A stretch of DNA of 64,000 nt, from positions 14,265 to 78,264 of the IMG/VR virus record IMGVR_UViG_3300032265_003945; one strand, given 5' to 3'. The notes beneath the pieces were generated by a model. That model had not been told where the DNA came from, searched no databases, and saw only the letters and a list, made by a program, of their open reading frames with translations. The number at the start of each line of letters is the position of its first letter. The first letter of the stretch is position 1. Below are positions 50,417-58,859 of the stretch, one piece after another. The position numbers and the translations under genes were made by a program. Origin of the DNA: a virus.

Positions 50417-51668
50417 ATCAACTAAACATTATCTCAATAGTTGCAACTCTGGCAAAAAGAAAATTTTATCAAATTTTCTTAAAGATTATCGTCATGCAGT
50501 TCAATCTTACATTGATTATATCTGGGATAACCAATTTACTAATCAGCATGGAGAAATTTGTTGGGATATAAATAGTGATAAATTATATCTTCCGACGTAT
50601 TTAAATTATAAAATAATATCTCATGAAAGACTGTCTGCTAGAGCTTTATCTGCGGCTTTAGAACAAGCTATCGGAATAGTTAAAGGTAGAACAGCTATCA
50701 GAAATAAAACTTTATACATAATAAAGAAAAGGTTAGAACAGAGCCAAACAATAGATTATTGGCATAAAAAGCTAGAAAAAAACAAGCTAACTAAACCAAT
50801 GGTTGGTGATAAGCTTCAAGCGGAATTATCTCAAAAGCAAATTGAATTTAGAGGTCAGTCTGATCACTTTGATATATTTGTTAAGCTTTATAGCACAGGA
50901 TATGAAGTTATCAAATTACCAGTTTCTTATACTAGATGTGATAAGAAATGGATTAATGCAAAAGGTAAGAGATTGGCTGGAGTGTTATTAACAGACAATT
51001 GTATTCAGCTAAGATATGAAGTTCCAGAGCCCGTTAAACAGACTGGCAAGACAGTAGGAGCAGATACTGGTTATAAAACCGTTCTTACCTTATCTAGCGG
51101 TCAGACAACACCAAAAACAGATACTCATGAGCATTCATTAGAGTCTATCTGTGCCACTTTAGCTAGAAAGAAAAAAGGATCTAAGGCTTTTAAGAAAGCT
51201 CAGGATCACAGACTTAACTTTGTTAACTGGTCAATTAACCAATTAAATTGGAATGATATTGGTCAGGTTAACTTAGAGCATATTTATGATATGAAACGTG
51301 GGAAAAGAACCAGTAGAAAAATGTCCGCTTGGTGCAACCCGCTAATTCATAATAAGATTATTAGAAATTTAGAGGAAGTTGGGGTCCAACTGAATCTACA
51401 ATCCAGCCCATATCGTTCAAGGAGATGTTCTGGATGCGGCATAGTACGAGAAAAGAACCGCAAAGGTAAGCTCTATAAATGCAATAAGTGTAATCTAGAA
51501 ATAGATGCAGATTTAAATGCAGCACTTAATCATGAGATAGATCTGCCAGAGATAAAGTTTAATTCTCGTTGGTTTTTATCAGAGCTATCTTGTTTCTATT
51601 GGAAACTGGATGGTTTATATGATGAAGCTGGGCGGGAGCTTAGAGTCCCTGCCACAAACAAAAGCTAA
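50409..51668 (+). CDS. tnpB: TnpB RNA-guided endonuclease
   Basis: RuvC-I GADTG, RuvC-II LEHI, CxxC...CxxC zinc finger, DADLNAA (RuvC-III). Confidence 0.93.
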   Translation: MIRSTKHYLNSCNSGKKKILSNFLKDYRHAVQSYIDYIWDNQFTNQHGEICWDINSDKLYLPTYLNYKIISHERLSARALSAALEQAIGIVKGRTAIRNKTLYIIKKRLEQSQTIDYWHKKLEKNKLTKPMVGDKLQAELSQKQIEFRGQSDHFDIFVKLYSTGYEVIKLPVSYTRCDKKWINAKGKRLAGVLLTDNCIQLRYEVPEPVKQTGKTVGADTGYKTVLTLSSGQTTPKTDTHEHSLESICATLARKKKGSKAFKKAQDHRLNFVNWSINQLNWNDIGQVNLEHIYDMKRGKRTSRKMSAWCNPLIHNKIIRNLEEVGVQLNLQSSPYRSRRCSGCGIVREKNRKGKLYKCNKCNLEIDADLNAALNHEIDLPEIKFNSRWFLSELSCFYWKLDGLYDEAGRELRVPATNKS

Positions 51669-51688
51669 ATATATTTTTATATATTTAT

Positions 51689-52138
51689 GTTAACTCTTTG
51701 AAAAAAGATGGCATTTTAATGAGAGAGGCTAAAGGTAATACTTACGGAGAGCCTAATTTAGTTTGGGCTTCTGCTGAGAAACCAGGAAACTTTAAAGTAT
51801 TTGCGGAATTCTCTGTTTCAATGGATGATGAACGATGGAGATTGGGAAATCCAGACAAAGTTCCAGAAGAGTACAGCAAATTTACACTTAGCCCAGGCAA
51901 TCATTATAACATCTCTCCGGAAGAATATCATCGAAGAGGATCTAATGTTGGATTTACTGGCTCTATTCTTCCCGAAGAGATTTTAGCTGTGCATGAGCCA
52001 TGGCATCATAAATATAGATATATTTTAAAAAACCCAGAATTAATTGAAGAGATTTTGGCGGGCGAGCATGATTTTCTTTTAGATAATCAAGAATATGGTC
52101 CCGCTATTCAAAAAATAAAATATGAATATAAAAAATAA
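51689..52138 (+). pseudogene. 3' part of the interrupted gene: ADP-ribosyltransferase-like domain
   Basis: Same frame as 48335; rejoined HYT..SLKKDGI..VWAS..ILPEEI pattern of Tpt1/PARP-like ART folds. Confidence 0.6.
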
Positions 52139-52140
52139 TT

Positions 52141-52740
52141 TTATATTAAAGAGCTTATGCCTTTTGACATCCCATGAACATCCGAAGGATTAAATCCAAC
52201 AGTAATATGAAAATCTTTTGGATCTAAACCAAATTCTTTTCTTATATTGTTTCCAGCATCCCAAGAAATTACCATAAAATAAGCCTCTGAATTATCTTTA
52301 GAAGCTTTTCCTAAGCCTTTATTTTCTAAATTTGAATCAAAATTTTGTTTAGCTTTGTGCAAGATGTCTTTTTTTATAGCAGATTCTATTTCTTTTGTTG
52401 TTCCATTATATTTATTTTCTTCTTTATTTCTTTCTTTAATTTCTTTTACAATCGTACTTAGTTCTTTAGAATTAATAACTGTCATATGAGCTTCTTCGCC
52501 ATCTCTAGCTACTCTATTTGCAATTAAAAGATTATATGCAGTTTCATCATTTAATTTTTCTTTTAAAGCAATCTCTCCTTCTTTTTGGATTTCATTTAAT
52601 TTATTAGAAACAACTTCCATCGCTCCTTTTTCAATTTTAATGTCACTGTTAAGATCTAAATCGATCCCCATTTGAGCATATTTAAATTTAATTTCAAATT
52701 TATTAGCTAATTTAATTATTTTTTTAAAATTATTAGTCAT
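52141..52740 (-). CDS. 2H phosphoesterase with KLA leader
   Basis: Two HxT motifs: AHMTVI and FHITVGF. Confidence 0.8.
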   Translation of the reverse strand: MTNNFKKIIKLANKFEIKFKYAQMGIDLDLNSDIKIEKGAMEVVSNKLNEIQKEGEIALKEKLNDETAYNLLIANRVARDGEEAHMTVINSKELSTIVKEIKERNKEENKYNGTTKEIESAIKKDILHKAKQNFDSNLENKGLGKASKDNSEAYFMVISWDAGNNIRKEFGLDPKDFHITVGFNPSDVHGMSKGISSLI

Positions 52741-52820
52741 AATATTTTATATTAAAATAATAGTTAAAAAATATAATAATTAAGCATTATATGTAATATT
52801 TCTTTAAAAAGAAGAAAAAT

Positions 52821-53408
52821 ATGTCATTAAAATCAATTATTAAAGTAGCAAACTATTATAATTTTAAATATGGATTTGATAAAGTAGCGGGCTCAATATT
52901 ACGAGATAAGTTTAAAGAATTTGAAAAATATCTAGAGGATCAAATTGAATCTGTTAATTTAAAGTATGATGTTTTTCCAAATTATATAGAAGGCATAAAA
53001 AATATATTTGAAGGATTTGGATTATCTGATGTGGATATGAATATTTTAAAAAATAAAGCTAATGCAACCGCATCAGATAAAACTTCTAAATTTCATGGTT
53101 CTGATCCATATAGCGTATACCGCCTTAATGAAAGAAAAAAAGCAGATGAAGATTATCGAAACTTAAAAAGAAAATTGCTTGGAAAAATAGATATCGAAGA
53201 GTCTCCGCTAGAAGATAGAGTTAAAAGATATAAAATTGAAAGACTTGAATTTGAGAAAAGAAAATTGCTTAATTCAATGGAAGAGTCTGGAGATTTTACA
53301 GACTATAATAAGATCGCAGAAATAGAAGACAAAATAAGAGAACTTAAAAATTTGCCGTCAATAAGTGACAAAAATGAGTTTACGCCTTTAGATGAATTTA
53401 TTTTTTAA
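52821..53408 (+). CDS. Hypothetical helical protein with KVA leader
   Basis: MSLKSIIKVANYYNFKYGFDKVAG; coiled C-terminus weakly UVR-like. Confidence 0.6.
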   Translation: MSLKSIIKVANYYNFKYGFDKVAGSILRDKFKEFEKYLEDQIESVNLKYDVFPNYIEGIKNIFEGFGLSDVDMNILKNKANATASDKTSKFHGSDPYSVYRLNERKKADEDYRNLKRKLLGKIDIEESPLEDRVKRYKIERLEFEKRKLLNSMEESGDFTDYNKIAEIEDKIRELKNLPSISDKNEFTPLDEFIF

Positions 53409-53446
53409 AAAAAATCTGTTGATTGAATAAATATTTTACAGCTATC

Positions 53447-55378
53447 TTATTTATTGTTTTTGAACATATAAATCTTTTCGGATTTTACTTTATTTCCATT
53501 AAAGTGATAGCGCATGCTGACTAGATTTATTTCTTCTACAATCTCTCCAAAGTATTCTTTGGCGATTTCTACCATTTTATAATACTTGGCGGACACATTA
53601 ACTCCAAAATATTTTCCAGGTTTTAACATCCATTTAATATTTTCTAAAGTATCTCGCCAATATTTATTATAAAAATAATTAATTCCCTTATTGTATGATT
53701 GAGATAAAGAATCAGAATAAATCTCCAAATCATAATATGGAGGACTGCTCCAATATAAATCTACACTATTTTCTTCTCCTCGATAATATTCAGATCCTAT
53801 TTGAATTACTTCACAATCTTTAAAATTAAAATAATTTATCATGTTTTGCAACTCTACGGCGGTCAGTGGGTCGGTTCCAATGTATTTTCTACCACAAGAC
53901 ATCGCTCCTAGTAACCTGCCTCCAAATCCACTAGAATAATCTCCAACTACATCTCCGGGATTAGAATATTTTAAGCATATATACTTGGCAATAGCTGGTT
54001 TAAATAAACTAATGTAACCAGATAATCTCATGTCACGAACTTCATCTATCATTGTCATTGGACTGAAATTATAGCTTCCTCTTCCATCTAATAGTTTATT
54101 TGATACTACTTTTGTTATTTTTTCTTTGCCTCCATAAGCTTCAAATATACTACACTCCTCCCTTGTTTTTGAATGAAAAAAGCTATGACAAAAATATCGG
54201 CAAATGGAATTGCCCAATCTATGTTGATTGTTTAATTGAACTGTGGTTAAATCAACCTGACACTCAACCAAATCATTATATTGCTCTAGTAAATTATCAT
54301 CATCTGGATAAATAAAACCAAGATCCATTAACTTATTAACAATAGGCTCTAATAACTCTTTTCTATTATTCTCTGGCATGGTTTTAAGCGCAGCAGTATT
54401 CATCAATTGCCCGCCAACCTCAATTGGTTTTCTATAGTTATTTTTTTCTATCGTTCTATGAGATTCATGCATTGTTCTTTTTATTTCTTGATATTTTAAA
54501 TAATTATGATCCAAGCACACAATGCAAGAATGATAGAGCAATCCAAGAATTTTATTAATTTTTAAATTGCCATTGGCATAAATAGAATTTGTTTTACTCC
54601 ATGGATCAAAGTCTAATTTTAAATCCTCTTGAGCAAAAAAATCAATAATTTGATTTAGCAGTTCGTTTTTTCCAGAAATGTGTAATTTCCATTGACCATT
54701 CTTTTTTTGAGTTAAGCACCCCTTGCCGTCAAAATAACCTAAAATAAAATAAGATTGATATGTTGAATTAATTTGGGCAAGATTGAAATTTTTGTCTTTC
54801 TTTTTACCAAATCCTAGATTAATTAATTTTTCAACAATATGTTTATTTCCTATGCTAATTACAGAATAAGCATCGTCTTTAATGCTTTTAATAATTCTTT
54901 TATCCGCCCCCATAAACAGAGAAAATTTCTCTAAATGATTTCTTTTATTGGTAGGAACAGTGACAGTAATGGAGTTATTTTTATCTGATAGATGTGCATC
55001 GGAGTACAAGAACCCTAACCAATAAGCTTTTTCTTTTTGATCAATTTGATCAAAGATATTTTCATTAATTAGATGCTTTCTGTTGGATTCTGATTTAGAT
55101 CTTGCTAATCCAGCTTCTTTTGCCCATTTAATTATTCTTCTTTTGTCAATACTAAATTTAAAACCTAGGTTTTTGGCAGATGCGCCATTGGAATATAATA
55201 TAATTATTTCTGGTATTAAATTTTCGGAGAAAGTAACCTTATTAAGATTAAAATTATTGTTATTAATAATTTCTTTTACTTGATTAACTGGAATGTTTAA
55301 TTTTTCTGAAATTGCAGAAAAAGAAAGCCCATCGGAGGTCATTAATCCTATTGATTCAATAATTAAATTATTTATCAT
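53447..55378 (-). CDS. HTH-LAGLIDADG-DNA methyltransferase fusion
   Basis: KAYWLGFLYSDA and FILGYFDGKG, then DYSSGFGGRLLGA, YIGTDP and WSSPPYY. Confidence 0.85.
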   Translation of the reverse strand: MINNLIIESIGLMTSDGLSFSAISEKLNIPVNQVKEIINNNNFNLNKVTFSENLIPEIIILYSNGASAKNLGFKFSIDKRRIIKWAKEAGLARSKSESNRKHLINENIFDQIDQKEKAYWLGFLYSDAHLSDKNNSITVTVPTNKRNHLEKFSLFMGADKRIIKSIKDDAYSVISIGNKHIVEKLINLGFGKKKDKNFNLAQINSTYQSYFILGYFDGKGCLTQKKNGQWKLHISGKNELLNQIIDFFAQEDLKLDFDPWSKTNSIYANGNLKINKILGLLYHSCIVCLDHNYLKYQEIKRTMHESHRTIEKNNYRKPIEVGGQLMNTAALKTMPENNRKELLEPIVNKLMDLGFIYPDDDNLLEQYNDLVECQVDLTTVQLNNQHRLGNSICRYFCHSFFHSKTREECSIFEAYGGKEKITKVVSNKLLDGRGSYNFSPMTMIDEVRDMRLSGYISLFKPAIAKYICLKYSNPGDVVGDYSSGFGGRLLGAMSCGRKYIGTDPLTAVELQNMINYFNFKDCEVIQIGSEYYRGEENSVDLYWSSPPYYDLEIYSDSLSQSYNKGINYFYNKYWRDTLENIKWMLKPGKYFGVNVSAKYYKMVEIAKEYFGEIVEEINLVSMRYHFNGNKVKSEKIYMFKNNK

Positions 55379-56333
55379 TTTTCATTTCTTTATAGAGTTT
55401 AAATTTCAATACTTCTTGATATTTTTCATATTTTCTATCCATATAGAAATTTTGACAATCATTGTAAATATAATTTAAAAACTTGACACAATCATTAATA
55501 TTGCTGATGGTAATGTCTACCACTTCAGAGCGAGTGTACTTACTAACCGAGGATTTAATATCTAAACTGTTAAGTAAAAATTGCTGTAAACCATTTCCAA
55601 AATTTACATTGCAAGTAAAAATTACTCTGCACCTATTTTTTGCTACTGAAATACATCCATCTCCATCTAAATATCCTCTTAAAAAATGAGACATATATGG
55701 GAAATCTGGAAAAGTAATTTTAAATGTTTTATTGGGCATGCAACCTAATTTAATAAGGTCATCTTTCATGCGCTGACTATTAACTCCAAATCTACATATT
55801 TCATGTCCAGTGTCTGGCTTAATTCTGTTAGTTATTTTTTCAAAACCAAAAACTTGGTGAGAAAATAAGCATAGTACTTTTCTATCTTTATTTAAAATTT
55901 CAATTTTTATATATTTTCTATTTTTACTGACATTGCCATCGCTGAACATTAATCCTAAAAAATAAGATTTTTGCGCAGCGTCAATTTTTGAAAAATAATC
56001 AAATGTATGATTTGGATATTTTAACTTATTTTCTGTTGCCGGTCGAATACTTATCTTATTTCTTTTTAATATTCTGCATACGGTTGATCCGTTGATGCCA
56101 AGATCTTTGGCAATCTTCTCTGAGGACTCTCCATCGGAATATCTTTCAATAATTACTTTAATCTGCTCAGGAGAGGTTTTAACGCATCGATTCTTCTCTA
56201 TCCCATGATTCTTTAAAATTCTGTTAACACTCTCGGGAAAGATGCCGCAACGCTCTGCAATTTGGTTGGTGGGAGTTCCGGCTTGGTAAAGATTGATAAT
56301 TTGATCAATGTTGGATTTCGCTATTTTTTTCAT
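55368..56333 (-). CDS. LAGLIDADG homing endonuclease with two HTH repeats
   Basis: SYFLGLMFSDGNV and FLRGYLDGDGCI; GAGGGG SD before ATG 56333. Confidence 0.9.
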   Translation of the reverse strand: MKKIAKSNIDQIINLYQAGTPTNQIAERCGIFPESVNRILKNHGIEKNRCVKTSPEQIKVIIERYSDGESSEKIAKDLGINGSTVCRILKRNKISIRPATENKLKYPNHTFDYFSKIDAAQKSYFLGLMFSDGNVSKNRKYIKIEILNKDRKVLCLFSHQVFGFEKITNRIKPDTGHEICRFGVNSQRMKDDLIKLGCMPNKTFKITFPDFPYMSHFLRGYLDGDGCISVAKNRCRVIFTCNVNFGNGLQQFLLNSLDIKSSVSKYTRSEVVDITISNINDCVKFLNYIYNDCQNFYMDRKYEKYQEVLKFKLYKEMKNDK

Positions 56334-56425
56334 AGTTACCCCTCGCCACATATATAACAACTTATTACCATAATTACAATACATGGGTTCAATTATTATC
56401 TATTATTTTATTTGGGGTCAATTAC

Positions 56426-56462
56426 AAATAAAAGAAGGGCTGCGGAAAACCGCAGCCCTTCT
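56426..56462 (-). terminator. Intrinsic terminator after major capsid gene
   Basis: agaagggctgcgg-aaaa-ccgcagcccttct with a U-rich tail on the minus strand. Confidence 0.85.
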
Positions 56463-56505
56463 AGCTAATTTAAGCTATGAAAATATAGTATTTTCAGCCT
56501 AAATC

Positions 56506-57519
56506 TCAGCCAACAACGACTGATTTACGACCCGCAGAAACGCCGCGAGGATTGACAATACCGATACCTATGATTTCGGAAACAACCCAACCAAGCTTAA
56601 GTTGCTTGGGCTCGTCAGCTGGGAGTACCTCTATGTCTTGGCGTACGGGCATAACGCCTACGAATTCGGGATCTGCACAACCATATACGGTGCCAGGTGG
56701 TACGATCTTCGATACCATGATGTCCGAGCCCCAGATGTGAGCATAGAGACCGGTTTGAAGAACTTCGCGCATGGTGACGGGATCAACTTCGCCGCCCGAA
56801 CCAGCCGCTTGACCGCCGCCGCTGCCCCACTTGAGGATGTCGGTGAATTCATTGATGTTCATGAAGAACTTGGTGGTGACTAGGTCCCAGCGATCAATTT
56901 GAGCCTTCAATTCAACGAGGTCTCTCTTGAGAAGACCCGCGTCCGCGATGTCTTGGAGAGTGTTTTCGACGGAAGCCGCAGAATCAAGAGCGGCGAAGAC
57001 GTTGGCATCTTCTTGCGCCATGATTTCTTGGCGAGCCTTTTGAACCGCACGGTCGATGACGTTGAAGCGGCTGCGCTTGACTTCGGCAATACGAACGGTG
57101 GGGTTGGCGAAGATTTCGAATTCAGGAACAACAACACGGTCACCGAAGACGCGTGATTCTGGACCTGTGCCGTTTGAAGAAATAACAACGGCGGCGACGT
57201 CGATATCGCGATCGTAGACGGGCATGGCGCCTTGGGGAAGGGGATCGACTACGAGGGCGCGGCGAGCGATACCATGATAATCTAAGTTGCGGCGGATGGG
57301 GTTCGCCATCGCTTGAGCAAGAGCGATTTTGCCTTCTTGAGTCATGATGGCTCTAGAAACCAATTCGTCGCGCTTATCATCGGAAAGCGAAGGTTGACCC
57401 GCAAGACCTGTGTTTGAGGGTTGGTTATCTTCTAAAATAGACGCGTATTTAGCGATTGTGGTGAGAGCTTCCTTAACGGAAGAGGCGTTGATTTCGCCTT
57501 TGTTGTTAAACATGTTCAT
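56506..57519 (-). CDS. Major capsid protein (HK97 fold)
   Basis: 337 aa, AGGAG SD, strongly biased GC-rich codons, own terminator; 'PEFEIFANP...DRAVQKARQEIMAQEDANVF' backbone-helix pattern and C-terminal EIIGIGIVNP. Confidence 0.85.
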   Translation of the reverse strand: MNMFNNKGEINASSVKEALTTIAKYASILEDNQPSNTGLAGQPSLSDDKRDELVSRAIMTQEGKIALAQAMANPIRRNLDYHGIARRALVVDPLPQGAMPVYDRDIDVAAVVISSNGTGPESRVFGDRVVVPEFEIFANPTVRIAEVKRSRFNVIDRAVQKARQEIMAQEDANVFAALDSAASVENTLQDIADAGLLKRDLVELKAQIDRWDLVTTKFFMNINEFTDILKWGSGGGQAAGSGGEVDPVTMREVLQTGLYAHIWGSDIMVSKIVPPGTVYGCADPEFVGVMPVRQDIEVLPADEPKQLKLGWVVSEIIGIGIVNPRGVSAGRKSVVVG

Positions 57520-57700
57520 AATTCTCCTAGGAATTGTTTCTTTTACCAGTTTTTTAAACTAGTATTTTATTGAGCAGAGGAATTCCACTCAAATAAATAT
57601 CCCTATATTCCTAGAATTATTGATAAAATGCTGATATCTAGTTATTTTATTATCTTGTACAATTTGGCATAACTAATAATATTATGTTATATATCATGAT

Positions 57701-58852
57701 ATGAAAAAAATAAGTTTAATTGGAAAGAAGTTTCACCACTTGACAGTCGTTGATTCGGCGCCTGGGATTCCATCCAAATCAAGAGGATCGGACACTGCTT
57801 GGAAATGTCTCTGCGCTTGCGGCAAGATTCTCACTTTAAGAACTTCAACATTGACTTCGGGGAGTCAAAAATCATGTGGCTGCGTCGTGCATCAACATGG
57901 TAAATTAATAAATCCAGGAGATAAATTCAATCAACTAACCGCAGTATCATATCAAGATGGAAAATGGATATGCTTATGCGAATGCGGCAAAAGTACAAAG
58001 CCTATTTTAACTTCTGTTTTATTTTCCGGAAAAAGAAAATCTTGTGGATGCACTAAAGGAGATGTAATTAGAAAAAACCAAAAATTATCACTACGGGTAA
58101 ATACTAAATACGAACCAAGAATTGCCTCTGCTCGAAGAAGATGGAAAAGTTATCTTTATCAAGATAAACAATGTGATCTAACATTTGAACAATGGATGGA
58201 AATTTCCCAAAGAAACTGTTATTATTGCGGAGTGGAACCCGACAATCAATATAATTATTTTTCTAAGAAAAAAGACGCTTCGGAAAATGGAAAACTAAAT
58301 GGAAATTTTCGGTATAACGGATTAGATAGGGTCAGCAGCGACGGATATCATACATTAAATAATGTGGTTGCCTGCTGTTATGTTTGCAATCGAGCTAAAA
58401 GCAACAGATCGCCACAAGATTTTTATCAATACATAGAAGATCTGAAAAAAGAAATAAATGTAATCACGATACAAACGAATCAATTGCCATCGGGTCATAT
58501 TTTAACTTCTATTAAAGATGCCTATCGACATTATAAAAAAAACTTTGGAGAGATGGGAATAACCCTGGAAGAATTTTATGCTTATTCTCAATTGCCCTGC
58601 ACTTATTGCGGCAAAGAAAAAGTAAATTGCTTAAATACTTATTTGAACGATAAAAAATCCTCTCAAAAAGCAAAGAGCGAAGCTTATTTTTACTATAATG
58701 GAATTGATCGAGTTGATAGCGAAATGGAACATACTAAAGATAACGTAGTGACTTGCTGCAAATACTGCAACTTTGGCAAAGGCAAACTACCCCTACATCA
58801 ATGGCAAGAATGGATTGATCGAATCAAGAAATTCCAATCCGGTTTGTCATAG
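57701..58852 (+). CDS. Homing endonuclease with tandem HNH-like domains
   Basis: Two 'GxKFxxLTxV..WxCxCxCG..SCGC' repeats plus two 'CxYCG..YNGxDRVxS...VxCCxxCNxxK' domains. Confidence 0.85.
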   Translation: MKKISLIGKKFHHLTVVDSAPGIPSKSRGSDTAWKCLCACGKILTLRTSTLTSGSQKSCGCVVHQHGKLINPGDKFNQLTAVSYQDGKWICLCECGKSTKPILTSVLFSGKRKSCGCTKGDVIRKNQKLSLRVNTKYEPRIASARRRWKSYLYQDKQCDLTFEQWMEISQRNCYYCGVEPDNQYNYFSKKKDASENGKLNGNFRYNGLDRVSSDGYHTLNNVVACCYVCNRAKSNRSPQDFYQYIEDLKKEINVITIQTNQLPSGHILTSIKDAYRHYKKNFGEMGITLEEFYAYSQLPCTYCGKEKVNCLNTYLNDKKSSQKAKSEAYFYYNGIDRVDSEMEHTKDNVVTCCKYCNFGKGKLPLHQWQEWIDRIKKFQSGLS

Positions 58853-58859
58853 CTACATG

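Larger units (their letters stand above)
49775..51688 (+). mobile_element. IS607-family insertion sequence (tnpA + tnpB)
   Basis: Serine recombinase plus tnpB; AT-rich AAATATAT-repeat ends. Removing it at a shared TAT restores an in-frame host gene. Confidence 0.88.

Noticed and set aside
49767-51677. 13-bp direct repeat CTAAATATATTTT (49767-49779 and 51665-51677) as a target-site duplication
   Set aside because: Excision between the copies removes 1898 bp and breaks the frame, and IS607 makes no TSD. More likely a TnpA-binding end repeat resembling the target.
49775-51688. IStron (group I intron-IS607 hybrid) that would splice out
   Set aside because: Only about 60 AT-rich nt precede tnpA and about 20 nt follow tnpB, leaving no room for a group I catalytic core.
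43629-56333. LAGLIDADG ORFs as inteins or intron-encoded proteins
   Set aside because: No Hint splice-junction motifs or interrupted host genes were seen; they appear free-standing.
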